From: a virus
Virus record (IMG/VR): IMGVR_UViG_3300044617_001156
Length of the DNA stretch: 64,000 bases
Direction: 5' to 3' (one strand)
A program made the position numbers and the translations under genes. Each line of letters begins with the position of its first letter. The first letter of the stretch is position 1. The notes beneath the pieces are model-generated. The model searched no databases. It saw nothing but the letters and a program-made list of their open reading frames with translations, and was not told the DNA's origin. Shown here one piece after another: positions 1-9,214 of the stretch.

Positions 1-111
1 AAAGGAAGAATAATATTCTTTCCATCATACACATTACATGAAGTTAAACCAGTTACTCAAGGTACACGATATACCTTAGTTGGTTGGACACATGGACCAG
101 CATTTAAGTGA
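1..111 (+). CDS. 2OG-Fe(II) oxygenase, C-terminal fragment (truncated by window)
   Basis: Frame 1 reads KGRIIFFPSYTLHEVKPVTQGTRYTLVGWTHGPAFK*; FPS...H.V.PV..G.R is the distal His/Arg motif of prolyl-hydroxylase-like 2OG oxygenases. Confidence 0.85.
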   Translation, partial: KGRIIFFPSYTLHEVKPVTQGTRYTLVGWTHGPAFK

Positions 112-115
112 GGTT

Positions 116-688
116 ATGATGAGTTTTAAGAAAAAAGGATATCAAGTTATCAGAAACTTTCTAGAACCAGAGTTTGTAAGTTTTATTCAAGAGTATTTCT
201 TCGTAAGAATTAATGCAGCACAAGCAACTGTTGACCCTCAAGCACCCTTCAGTTACTCATTTTATGCTGACCCATTGATTGAAACAGTTCTTGGAAAGTC
301 ATGTAAACCTTTAGGTGAACTTGTAGGTCTAAGACTATTACCACAATACACTTATACTAGACTTTATCAAGAAAAGGATGAGTTAGTGATTCATCGTGAC
401 CGTCCTTCATGTGAAATCTCAGCAACTCTTTCATTAGGTTTCCCTGAAGGTGAAGAGATTAATCCAATCTACTTCAGTAAGAATGAGGATAAATCAGATG
501 CAACTGAAATTAAATTAAATCCAGGAGACCTTTGCTTATATCGTGGATGTGATTTATATCACTGGAGAGAACCTTTTAAGAACCAATGGTATCTTCAAGC
601 ATTTCTGCATTATGTGGATGGTAATGGACCTTATAAAGACCAACTTTATGATGGAAGACCATTCCTAGCAATGCAGAAGCAATCTTAA
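116..688 (+). CDS. 2OG-Fe(II) oxygenase-like protein
   Basis: HRDRPSCEIS (HxD) and distal HWRE motifs; ATG at 116 preferred over the track start at 80. Confidence 0.8.
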   Translation: MMSFKKKGYQVIRNFLEPEFVSFIQEYFFVRINAAQATVDPQAPFSYSFYADPLIETVLGKSCKPLGELVGLRLLPQYTYTRLYQEKDELVIHRDRPSCEISATLSLGFPEGEEINPIYFSKNEDKSDATEIKLNPGDLCLYRGCDLYHWREPFKNQWYLQAFLHYVDGNGPYKDQLYDGRPFLAMQKQS

Positions 689-712
689 TAAATACCTAAA
701 AAGTATAAAGAG

Positions 713-2068
713 ATGTCGGTTACTAAAGCTCAACTTATAGGTAATGTATCGGCAGGAGCAAGTTTTTCTGGTATTGTAACTGCTACTAGTTTCAGAGGAG
801 ATGGTAGTGATCTTACTGGTGTTGGTATTGGAACCACTGGGTCTGTTAATACTATAGGTATTGGTACTTTTGGTACTGTAGTTGCTTCGAATATTAATGT
901 TTCTGGTGTAATCACTGCTACAAGTTTCAGTGGAGATGGCTCTGGATTAACTGGTGTTGGTGTTGGTTCTAGTGATAGCATTAACACTACAGGTATTGGT
1001 ACTTTTGGTACTGTTGTTGCTACTGCAGACCTCGATATACCTAGTGGAACTACGTCACAAAGGCCTTCTGTTCCAACTGCAGGTTCCTTTAGGTACAATA
1101 ATGAATTTGGATTTTTAGAATTTTACGATGGATCCAATTGGAGACAAATATTATTAGGTTCTCAATTAGTTCCAGCTGGTGCTGGTATCTTCGCTGGTGG
1201 TTCTCCTAGCACTTACGATGCGCCCTCATTAAACATAATAGACTATATCACCATAGCAAACACAGGAAACGCAACTGACTGGGGTGACCTTAGTGTATCA
1301 CGTTTTTCTCTTGGTGCATGTTCTTCAAGTAGTAGAGGTGTCTTTGGTTCAGGATATGTAGCTCCATCCCAGATTCAAGTAAATGTAATAGACTACATTA
1401 CCATATCAACCATTGGTAACGCCATAGATTTTGGTGACCTTACTGTAGTACGTAATGGTGCGGAGGGTTGCTCTTCAAGCACTCGCGGTGTCTTTGGTGG
1501 TGGTTTTCTTTCTCCAGGATTTTTGCAAAATGTAATAGACTACATCACCATAGCAACTACAGGTAATGCTACTGACTTTGGAGACTTAACTGTAGCACGT
1601 CAATCTGACGGTGCCTGTTCCTCAAGCACTCGGGGTGTCTTTGGTGGTGGTACTACTCCATCAAATACAAACACAATAGACTATATCACCATAGCATCTA
1701 CAGGAAACGCAGTTGACTTTGGTGACCTTACGGTAGCACGCGGAGTATCGGCTTGCTCTTCAAGTACCAGAGGTGTCTTTGGTGGTGGTAACACTACACC
1801 AGTATTATCTAACACAATAGACTTCATCACCATAGCATCCAACGGAAATGCAACTGACTTTGGAGACCTTACAGTACGACGTTTTGCTCTTGCAGCATGT
1901 TCTTCAAGTACCAGAGGTGTCTTTGGTGGTGGTTATGCCCCAACAGCATCTAACATAATAGACTACATCACCATAGCAACTACAGGTAACGCAACTGACT
2001 TTGGAGACCTAACTGTAGCACGTACTGGTTTAGTAGCGTGCTCTAACTCACACGGTGGTCTCTCATAA
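713..2068 (+). CDS. Virion fibre-like protein with six Kelch-like beta-propeller repeats
   Basis: N-terminal GIVTATSF.GDGS.LTG repeats typical of cyanophage fibres; six IDYITIA.TGNA.DFGDLTV.R repeats; AATAAATA late promoter at 687-694. Confidence 0.7.
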   Translation: MSVTKAQLIGNVSAGASFSGIVTATSFRGDGSDLTGVGIGTTGSVNTIGIGTFGTVVASNINVSGVITATSFSGDGSGLTGVGVGSSDSINTTGIGTFGTVVATADLDIPSGTTSQRPSVPTAGSFRYNNEFGFLEFYDGSNWRQILLGSQLVPAGAGIFAGGSPSTYDAPSLNIIDYITIANTGNATDWGDLSVSRFSLGACSSSSRGVFGSGYVAPSQIQVNVIDYITISTIGNAIDFGDLTVVRNGAEGCSSSTRGVFGGGFLSPGFLQNVIDYITIATTGNATDFGDLTVARQSDGACSSSTRGVFGGGTTPSNTNTIDYITIASTGNAVDFGDLTVARGVSACSSSTRGVFGGGNTTPVLSNTIDFITIASNGNATDFGDLTVRRFALAACSSSTRGVFGGGYAPTASNIIDYITIATTGNATDFGDLTVARTGLVACSNSHGGLS

Positions 2069-2148
2069 GACCACTTCAAAAACCGTCACACTAAGACCCC
2101 AAAAGACCCTCAAGACGCTCTATAGTATCTAAAGTTCACCAGAGACCG

Positions 2149-2253
2149 ATGAGGTACTCCAGTCTAGACCGATTGCTTTTTGTCGGCAGTTTCATCTGGG
2201 TTGCACACTGGGCAACGAAAGTATCCGAAGTAATCATTAAATCTTTATTCTGA
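2149..2253 (+). CDS. small hydrophobic hypothetical protein (34 aa)
   Basis: MRYSSLDRLLFVGSFIWVAHWATKVSEVIIKSLF*; follows a TATAGT -10 box and its TGA overlaps the next ATG. Confidence 0.5.
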   Translation: MRYSSLDRLLFVGSFIWVAHWATKVSEVIIKSLF

Positions 2254-2681
2254 TGCACTCCCTTGATATAACGGGATATGGGGCACGTAAGAGGCGTGTA
2301 GAAGACACTGTAAGGTGGTTTCTCCAGAAGTACCTACCACGACACCATATTCACATTGAAATGCTTCACAGGGGTCTTCGTAGGGAACAATCATATGGAT
2401 ATTGCTCTGTGTCTGGAGAAGTCTATCGTCCCCGTGAGTTTCTGATTGAAATTGACCCGAAACTTGACCTTGAACTTTATACAAAGACCATCATACATGA
2501 GTTAATTCATCTTCGTCAATGGGTTCAAGGAACACTCAAAGAACGGAGAGGAAAGATGTACTACAAGAACATCAAGTGTGAGGACTTGGACTACTGGGAA
2601 CAACCCCATGAAGTTGAAGCACACTCACTTGAACAAATGTATTACGAAGACTACTTGACGGATACCCATCAGACTGTGTAG
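2253..2681 (+). CDS. zincin-like metallopeptidase-fold protein
   Basis: TIIHELIH (HExxH) plus downstream PHEVEA. Confidence 0.7.
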   Translation: MHSLDITGYGARKRRVEDTVRWFLQKYLPRHHIHIEMLHRGLRREQSYGYCSVSGEVYRPREFLIEIDPKLDLELYTKTIIHELIHLRQWVQGTLKERRGKMYYKNIKCEDLDYWEQPHEVEAHSLEQMYYEDYLTDTHQTV

Positions 2682-2725
2682 AATACCTTTGTCGAGGTTG
2701 AAAAGAATTATAAAGCTCAGAGCTC

Positions 2726-3205
2726 ATGAAAACAGTAGAGAGACACAGATATAAGGATAAGACAATCTATGAGACCCGTAAGATAACCTTTGAACCTTAT
2801 CGGTATTCAGAACATAATATGGTTTTAGTAATGGGTCTTATCAGAAGACAACTAACACCAGACTTATTAACACCAAAGTACAGAGAAGAGAACATTCAAA
2901 ATCCAACTTACGGACATTGTTATCACTCTACTCAAGCATTATTTTATCTTATGGATACTGATGAGTTAGTACCAATGAGTGGGAAAGATTATCGTGGAGA
3001 TTATCATTGGTGGTTACAAGATGGTGAGAAGATTTATGATCTTACTGCAGAACAATATTACTCAGTAGGACAATTACCACCTTATGAGAATGGAAAACCA
3101 AGTAAATGGTATGGGTGGGGACAAAGACCCCATCAAAGGTCATTGAACCTAATCGTTAGAGTATTAGGAAAAGAGAATGTGACTGATGAGCTCCTGACGT
3201 ATTGA
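2726..3205 (+). CDS. hypothetical phage protein (possible transglutaminase/papain-like fold)
   Basis: GHCY...HWWL...YDLT arrangement of Cys/His/Asp. Confidence 0.55.
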   Translation: MKTVERHRYKDKTIYETRKITFEPYRYSEHNMVLVMGLIRRQLTPDLLTPKYREENIQNPTYGHCYHSTQALFYLMDTDELVPMSGKDYRGDYHWWLQDGEKIYDLTAEQYYSVGQLPPYENGKPSKWYGWGQRPHQRSLNLIVRVLGKENVTDELLTY

Positions 3206-3207
3206 AT

Positions 3208-3236
3208 TGGGCCCTGTAAAGTGTCCTAGTAATGTG
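3208..3236 (+). repeat. 29-bp GGGCCC boundary element, copy 1
   Basis: tgggccctgtaaagtgtcctagtaatgtg, 2 nt after the stop of 2726..3205. Confidence 0.95.
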
Positions 3237-3275
3237 AGAGACAGACTATCAAGGTCACTTCTTTCACTGGTACAC

Positions 3276-3304
3276 TTGACGGCAGTTCTCTGATCCGTTA
3301 AAAT
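3276..3304 (+). promoter_or_regulatory. sigma70-type promoter
   Basis: TTGACG-17 bp-TAAAAT upstream of the DUF262-like gene. Confidence 0.7.
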
Positions 3305-3391
3305 AAACAAATCAAACGACACACTGTTTGATCCCGCAATCTTCTTCTAACATACTGAAGAGGCAAGCAAAAACACATTTTTAATTTTCTT

Positions 3392-4558
3392 ATGCAAAGC
3401 AATCAAAATTTCTGTGTTCCCCTGAAGGAACGAATTTCACTTCTTGACTATTCGCTGATGCTTCAGAAGTTTAGAGCATTCAACGCACCACGTCAGTTTC
3501 AACGTCCTATCGCATGGGCTCCCGCAGATAGGAAAAAATTCTTCAACTCTATGTTGATGAACCGAGTAGAAGGCACTTTTGTCTTTGTTGATGTTACTCG
3601 TAGTATTAAAAGACTAGAAGATCTTGGAGAATATTCAGGAAAAACATATTCCTTCTTCAAGAAATTTCTTGATAGTGGATATAAGTACGTTGTTCTTGAT
3701 GGGAACAATCGTATGTCCTTTATGCAATCTCTATTCTCTGATGAATATACAATTCCCGAAGGAACGTATGAATTCATGAATGATGAACTTGGAGGAACCA
3801 TCTCTTCCTTTACTGTAAGGAAAGATAAACAAAAGTTTTCAGACCTTCCCGAAAGGGTTAGTTCGGTTCTCAAAGAACGACAAGCTTCCATTAGTCTCTA
3901 CACTCAAATTTCATTTGATGGAATGTCTGAAGTGTTCCAGAATGTGAATAGTGGTGTTCCACTGAACGCACAGGAACTTCGCAATGCTTATTCTACGGAG
4001 TGGGCTGATTACGTTCGCGAAATTTCTGATGAAATCAGCAGTCTTCTTGCAAAACTCTTCAAAGACCACCGTTTCCGTCTTAAGGGTGAAGAGTGGGTGG
4101 TAGATTGTCTTGACTTTGTTCTAAATGCAGTTACAACTGACCCAGACACCGAAGAAACAACTTGTAAAGGAATTTCTCAATCAACAAAAAACAAACTTTA
4201 TCTGAGTAATTTCCTCTGTGAGGACGATCAAAGTTTTTATTTCGATAAATTTGTTGAAATGATGGACTTCATTTCTCAGATGATTGATGATAAAATTTTG
4301 GATGTGAAAGTTCTTACACGTTCATCCGCAGTACAAAATCTTTATTGGATGATGTGTAATGGTGTTGATACTTACGAACAAGCAGTTGCTGCAGTTGAAG
4401 CACACGAAAAAGCATACAAAAATAAAGATCTCACCTACACATGCGGTGACGATGAAAAAACATTCAAAGAATGTTGTAATGGTATGAGTAAAGAAAACCT
4501 TGAATTTAGGCACATCATTTTCTCTGAAATTCTAGAAAAACTTCCTGTTGCGGCTTGA
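3392..4558 (+). CDS. DUF262 (GmrS/ParB-Srx superfamily) domain protein
   Basis: QFQRPIAW, VLDGNNR (DGQQR-like) and FQNVNSGVPL motifs. Confidence 0.7.
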   Translation: MQSNQNFCVPLKERISLLDYSLMLQKFRAFNAPRQFQRPIAWAPADRKKFFNSMLMNRVEGTFVFVDVTRSIKRLEDLGEYSGKTYSFFKKFLDSGYKYVVLDGNNRMSFMQSLFSDEYTIPEGTYEFMNDELGGTISSFTVRKDKQKFSDLPERVSSVLKERQASISLYTQISFDGMSEVFQNVNSGVPLNAQELRNAYSTEWADYVREISDEISSLLAKLFKDHRFRLKGEEWVVDCLDFVLNAVTTDPDTEETTCKGISQSTKNKLYLSNFLCEDDQSFYFDKFVEMMDFISQMIDDKILDVKVLTRSSAVQNLYWMMCNGVDTYEQAVAAVEAHEKAYKNKDLTYTCGDDEKTFKECCNGMSKENLEFRHIIFSEILEKLPVAA

Positions 4559-4636
4559 ACCAATTCTAAAACCGTCACACTGGGGTCCTAAACGACCCCT
4601 TTTCTGTTCTATAATAACTCTGTTACAAACCAATCC

Positions 4637-4834
4637 ATGAAATCCAATCAGTTCATCTACGTCAAACCGAAAAACTCTGAAGCAAAAGAAGTTTTTCAAT
4701 ATGATATGCGAGGACTTCATTCCTGCAAAATTCTTCAAAGGAATGGAACTGATATGCTTGTAAAGTCCATTGCTGGTGACTTTTACTTTCAAATTGATAC
4801 TGATAACGACAAAAACTGGGAACTGCTGAAATGA
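4637..4834 (+). CDS. hypothetical protein
   Basis: ORF directly after TATAAT at 4610; overlaps next gene (ATGA). Confidence 0.7.
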   Translation: MKSNQFIYVKPKNSEAKEVFQYDMRGLHSCKILQRNGTDMLVKSIAGDFYFQIDTDNDKNWELLK

Positions 4835-5019
4835 AAAAACTACTTGCTCTTCTTGTTTTCCTTCCGATTTCAGTATCAGCACAAGAAATTTATGCTATCA
4901 ATGTGAATAAGATGTGTGCTGCGATTGTAGGAATTCCTTATGCGTCTGATAACTTTAGTGATAAGGAATGGGAAGAATTTAAGGATTGTATGAGGTTCGT
5001 GGAGCAGTTTAAAGATTGA
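4831..5019 (+). CDS. hypothetical protein with signal-peptide-like N-terminus
   Basis: MKKLLALLVFLPISVSA. Confidence 0.65.
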   Translation: MKKLLALLVFLPISVSAQEIYAINVNKMCAAIVGIPYASDNFSDKEWEEFKDCMRFVEQFKD

Positions 5020-5048
5020 TTAAATAGTGGTAGAATAGAAGAAGACCA

Positions 5049-5234
5049 ATGGTTGCTCTATTACTTACGACAACCATATCCTGCTCTGAGGCCTTGAAAG
5101 TTCTTTCGCGTATTACAAGCGTTGTAGGACTTACAAGACAACAGAAGATTGAACTTATTCAAACAGTTCAACAGTCCATTCCTACGTGTCCCTTAAAAGT
5201 TGTTCCTAATGAAAGACCAAAACCCAGTAACTGA
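5049..5234 (+). CDS. small hypothetical protein
   Basis: ORF preceded by TGGTAGAAT extended -10. Confidence 0.6.
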   Translation: MVALLLTTTISCSEALKVLSRITSVVGLTRQQKIELIQTVQQSIPTCPLKVVPNERPKPSN

Positions 5235-5403
5235 TTTTGAAACTTCTGATGTTAAGTGGAACCGTGGGCTTGACCTGTTTATTGAAAGCGTTCATAAACC
5301 TGATAGTGACCTTAGACAGTGCGCTCATAACCAAAAGTGTTACAATGAACTCTTGGAAGTTCGGGAAACTGTGTTAGAATATCTGAAAACACTAAGAAGA
5401 TGA
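5200..5403 (+). CDS. hypothetical cyanophage protein
   Basis: Tightly packed ORF, WNRGLDLFIESVHKPD. Confidence 0.65.
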   Translation: MFLMKDQNPVTDFETSDVKWNRGLDLFIESVHKPDSDLRQCAHNQKCYNELLEVRETVLEYLKTLRR

Positions 5404-5639
5404 GTTCTTATACAGTATACTTTATTATCTTTGCTTGTATTGGATATTTAATCGCCACAGACCAAAGTGTCGCCAAAGCAGTTGTTTTTCTATCACAACT
5501 TGCACGTTTTGAATATGAGAAATTGAAGTGGTGGTTGATTATGAACCCAAAATCTCCCTGGGGTAGATATTCAATTCACCGTAGGTCTAATCAGTTAGCA
5601 AAAGAACTGATGAAAGAACTTGAAGATAAAACAAAATGA
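5400..5639 (+). CDS. hypothetical membrane protein
   Basis: N-terminal hydrophobic helix; ATGA overlaps at both ends. Confidence 0.65.
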   Translation: MSSYTVYFIIFACIGYLIATDQSVAKAVVFLSQLARFEYEKLKWWLIMNPKSPWGRYSIHRRSNQLAKELMKELEDKTK

Positions 5640-5875
5640 AGTATCTACCCTTACTTTTGGTACTGTTAGCATCTCCCGCAAATGCTATCACTTGGAACCA
5701 ATTCTGGAGACCATTTAACAATGGTTCATACTACCGTAGTCCTGTTTATTACAACTACACTCCAATATGTACTCAACTTGTTTATCACCGTGAGTATGTA
5801 CCTGGCGATGGTTTTAGATATGGATACGTAAGAACTTGGTCTGAAAGAGTAAGAGTTCCCTGTGGTTATCATTAA
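5636..5875 (+). CDS. hypothetical exported protein
   Basis: Signal-peptide-like MKYLPLLLVLLASPANA. Confidence 0.65.
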   Translation: MKYLPLLLVLLASPANAITWNQFWRPFNNGSYYRSPVYYNYTPICTQLVYHREYVPGDGFRYGYVRTWSERVRVPCGYH

Positions 5876-5906
5876 AACCTAGATAATGTGAACCTCTAAT
5901 AAAGGT

Positions 5907-6383
5907 ATGACTGGAATAAAAATCCAACCGAATACAACGGTTTTAGTATTAAACGCAAGTTATGAACCTCTGAATTTCTGTTCTGGGCGTAGAGCAGTTG
6001 TTCTCTTGTTGAAAGAAAAGGCACAGTTTCTTTCTTCAAGAGTTATACGTCTTTTGAATTATATTAGGATACCTTTCTCTGCCCTAACATCTCATAAACC
6101 CTCACGTAGTGCGATATACAAACGTGATGGAAATAAGTGTGCTTATTGTTCTGCTACAAAAAATCTAACGGTAGACCATATAATTCCTAAATCACGTGGT
6201 GGTGAAGATACTTGGGCTAATTTAACGATTGCCTGCTCCAAATGTAACACTAAAAAGGGGAATAGAACCCCAGAAGAATGTGGAATGGTCTTAAGAACTA
6301 AACCCAGAGCACCTTCTAATAAATTAATATTCTATATGGATGTATCTAAAGTTGATGAGTGGAGACAGTATTCTTTTGGTTAA
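5907..6383 (+). CDS. HNH endonuclease (McrA-like)
   Basis: VLVLNASYEPL, RDGNKCAYC, TVDHIIPKSRGG, NLTIACSKCNTKKG. Confidence 0.92.
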   Translation: MTGIKIQPNTTVLVLNASYEPLNFCSGRRAVVLLLKEKAQFLSSRVIRLLNYIRIPFSALTSHKPSRSAIYKRDGNKCAYCSATKNLTVDHIIPKSRGGEDTWANLTIACSKCNTKKGNRTPEECGMVLRTKPRAPSNKLIFYMDVSKVDEWRQYSFG

Positions 6384-6498
6384 GTTATAGTTATGTTAAG
6401 AAACCCACACAAACCTCCTAGATAGTGGTAGAATAATGAGGTCATACAAATGAACTGAAAATTATTTGCGATGATATTCTTTGTGCGTGGAGGTTATT

Positions 6499-6672
6499 AT
6501 GCACAATTTAATTTCTTACAATCAACTTGTATCTTGGAATCATTTGGAAAAAACGATTGATGAATATGTTGAACAAGATGAACTAATTAATGATTATTAC
6601 CAATGTATAATTGAATGTAGCGATAAACAGCAAGAATGTAAACGCATATGTAGGTCTATTCTATCACTATAA
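6499..6672 (+). CDS. small Cys-rich hypothetical protein
   Basis: GGAGG RBS before ATG 6499; C-x3-C-x6-C-x3-C pattern. Confidence 0.65.
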   Translation: MHNLISYNQLVSWNHLEKTIDEYVEQDELINDYYQCIIECSDKQQECKRICRSILSL

Positions 6673-6673
6673 A

Positions 6674-6728
6674 CCAGTTTAACAACCGCCCACCACCTCT
6701 TGACTTCAGCGTCAAGAGGTTTTATAGT
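6674..6728 (+). promoter_or_regulatory. stem-loop early promoter (PeSL-like), copy 1
   Basis: TTGACT(6700)-17-TATAGT(6723) embedded in inverted repeat acctcttgac/gtcaagaggt. Confidence 0.85.
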
Positions 6729-6750
6729 AGGTTCATAGAAATCCAAAGCA

Positions 6751-7215
6751 ATGACCCACAAAGCAACTCTCAAGGTTAAATTTGATACGGAATGGACTTC
6801 TACTGGTGGAGTTTATGACGATGAAACTCTTCCAGAGGAGCATTATACTTTTGAGATTCCTGTTGAGGATATTAACAGTATGCAACTGTTCCGCTTCTTT
6901 GGAACTATTGCCCGCACGATGGGACATAATGATTTTGGTATTATGAAAGGTGCTTGTTCGCTCGCATTTAATGATATGCGTAGTTTTGAGGATATGAAAA
7001 AGGTTGCTGACGAGTATGACTTGTATCTCTCAGAAGAATATGCAAACAAAGTTATTCCTCTGGAAAACAAGATTTATGATTTGGAAAAACAAGTTCGTGA
7101 CCTGAAAGCAAAACTATCACGCTGTGAAAATCCCGATGCTCCCGATTATACAGAGGAGGAAATGAATGCGATGAAGATACACAGAGTTGTAGGCGAATAT
7201 GTAGAAAACTTTTAA
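6751..7215 (+). CDS. hypothetical protein (C-terminal coiled coil)
   Basis: ORF between two duplicated promoter elements. Confidence 0.75.
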   Translation: MTHKATLKVKFDTEWTSTGGVYDDETLPEEHYTFEIPVEDINSMQLFRFFGTIARTMGHNDFGIMKGACSLAFNDMRSFEDMKKVADEYDLYLSEEYANKVIPLENKIYDLEKQVRDLKAKLSRCENPDAPDYTEEEMNAMKIHRVVGEYVENF

Positions 7216-7224
7216 GTACATAAA

Positions 7225-7279
7225 CCAGTTTAAAATCCGTCCATTTGCCCTTGACTTTCGCGGTCAAGGGTTTTATAGT
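7225..7279 (+). promoter_or_regulatory. stem-loop early promoter (PeSL-like), copy 2
   Basis: TTGACT(7251)-17-TATAGT(7274) with inverted repeat cccttgac/gtcaaggg. Confidence 0.85.
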
Positions 7280-7304
7280 AGGTACATACAAATCCAGCAA
7301 ATGA

Positions 7305-7526
7305 ATGTCTGAACGTTCTGAAAACTTTATGAAAGCAGTATGGGAAGCACGAAACACTGGTGCTGATACTGAGGAAAAATTAGTTGCAACTATTCTTCGT
7401 TTAGTTGCTGATAATGTAAAGTTTTACAATGCTCAAAACAATGTCGTTGTCCTAGATAAAAATGATGTACTTGAGCTCTCTAATGAAATTGAACAGACAT
7501 CTCAAGAAAAAAATGAAGAGGTTTAA
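7305..7526 (+). CDS. hypothetical protein
   Basis: ORF immediately downstream of promoter. Confidence 0.7.
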   Translation: MSERSENFMKAVWEARNTGADTEEKLVATILRLVADNVKFYNAQNNVVVLDKNDVLELSNEIEQTSQEKNEEV

Positions 7527-7752
7527 AGTCCTTGAATTTAAACATCGTGAAGACTGGGGACACGATGTATATCTAACGTTTCTTAAAGGAAGACACTTTT
7601 CCTTTATTCAACTTTCACTTGGATGGACTAACTTCCCTGGATATCCACATCTACAAGTATCCTCTGGGTGTGGTAAATTGTTTAGTATTATCTTTTGGTG
7701 CTATAAATTTGCACTTGATTTTGAAATTCTAGGACGTACTTGGAGGATTTAA
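7513..7752 (+). CDS. hypothetical protein
   Basis: ORF; ATG 7513 minimises overlap with the upstream gene. Confidence 0.6.
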   Translation: MKRFKVLEFKHREDWGHDVYLTFLKGRHFSFIQLSLGWTNFPGYPHLQVSSGCGKLFSIIFWCYKFALDFEILGRTWRI

Positions 7753-8307
7753 ATGTCTGACTTAACTCATGAAGAAATGCTTTCTATTGCTGCTCAAAGA
7801 GAACTCATAAACGAAGCACTTGAAGAACTCAACGCAATCGTATTAGGAGGACAAGATACTAGAGAGTTTTATCTCTCAGTGTCTCATATTCGTAATGTAT
7901 TAGAAAGATTGAAATGACTTATAAAGTTAGATATACTGGTTTCGGTCCATACAAAAATGTTCTTGAACCAAATCAAATTCTAACAGTGAAAGAGATGCTA
8001 CCTTATGCTTGGCACGAAAACTTTACTTTTGAGGAAGTGGAAGGTGAGTATCATACAATTTTCTTTGAGGATGTGGTAGAATGAACTACATAAAACAAAA
8101 AGGAGAACAACAATGAAAATCGGAGACGTAATGCTTGCCGCAATCTGTGGTCTGGTTATTATCACATCAGCAGTTTATGTTGATAGACACTATTCAACTT
8201 CTAATGTAGAACAGAAAGCAAAATGAATGTATCACCAGGTATGAGAAACCTATTACAGAATGTATTCACACCCAGAAGAACACTATGGGGTATTTGGAGA
8301 CGCTGAA

Positions 8308-8499
8308 ATGACTGAAACTAACACTGAAACCAAGTACATCGTCCATTGGAATAGTATGCCTCCCTACCGAAAAGAAGCAGAATTCCCTACTCTTGAAGTT
8401 GCTGAATTTTGGTACAATAAGAAACTAGACCAAGACAAAGACCCTGATATGTACGTCAAAGAAACAACCACTTCGGTTACTTCTACAAAACTGCGATGA
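8308..8499 (+). CDS. hypothetical protein
   Basis: GGAG RBS before ATG 8308; ATGA overlap with next gene. Confidence 0.6.
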   Translation: MTETNTETKYIVHWNSMPPYRKEAEFPTLEVAEFWYNKKLDQDKDPDMYVKETTTSVTSTKLR

Positions 8500-8762
8500 C
8501 CCTTGAAGAAATCCTAGAAGAATACGGACAGGAAGTATTAGACAAATACTATGAACTCTTCCCAGATAAGAGTATTGAAAAGTTTCCTTATAGGTTCTGT
8601 GGTCCTGTTGGTGGATATGATGACTTTCTATTAGATGCTTATTATTCAACAGGAAGTGATGAACTTGATGAAACACTTGAAACCTTTGAAAATGGAGTGT
8701 TTCAAGAGTATTACTATTATGATGAATTGACTGCTACGGGTTTCGTATTTTACAATGATTGA
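8496..8762 (+). CDS. highly acidic protein, ArdA-like DNA-mimic candidate
   Basis: 22 Asp/Glu vs 4 Lys/Arg in 88 aa, aromatic-rich, ends GFVFYND. Confidence 0.5.
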   Translation: MTLEEILEEYGQEVLDKYYELFPDKSIEKFPYRFCGPVGGYDDFLLDAYYSTGSDELDETLETFENGVFQEYYYYDELTATGFVFYND

Positions 8763-9210
8763 TACTCTCAAGAAGTATAAAGTCAGAAAGTCTTATTTGA
8801 AAAGAGAAGTCTTTCATCAGGCAATCGCAGTTGCTATGGCGTCTGATGCTCCAAAGAAGATGTCTGCTGTACTTCTAGACAAGAGAAATAAAGTAATCTC
8901 TACGGGTCTTAACTCTTATGAGATTACACATACCCAGCAGTTTTATGCTGCCGTTATGGCTGCAAAGAAGTATAGGCAACCAAGTCTGAAGAAGAAGATA
9001 TACTTGCACTGTGAAATCAACTGTTTGTTAAAGGCACGAAAGCAGGGTAACAAACTGATTATCTGTAGAATTGGAGGACACGGAGGAAACGAACTTAGGG
9101 ACAGTTTCTGTTGTCCTATATGCTACTTGTATATTAAGCAAAACTGCCCTACAATCAAAGAAATTCATTGGAGTACAAACGACCAAGAATTTCTATACAT
9201 TCAAATCTGA
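8755..9210 (+). CDS. cytidine/dCMP deaminase-fold protein
   Basis: AVLLDKRNKVISTGLN, LHCE (HxE) and CCPIC (CxxC) zinc motifs. Confidence 0.75.
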   Translation: MIDTLKKYKVRKSYLKREVFHQAIAVAMASDAPKKMSAVLLDKRNKVISTGLNSYEITHTQQFYAAVMAAKKYRQPSLKKKIYLHCEINCLLKARKQGNKLIICRIGGHGGNELRDSFCCPICYLYIKQNCPTIKEIHWSTNDQEFLYIQI

Positions 9211-9214
9211 TAAA

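Noticed and set aside
2209-2234. Possible 14th element (tgggcaacgaaagtatccgaagtaat)
   Set aside because: Needs indels, lacks GGCC and lies inside a small ORF; probably coincidental.
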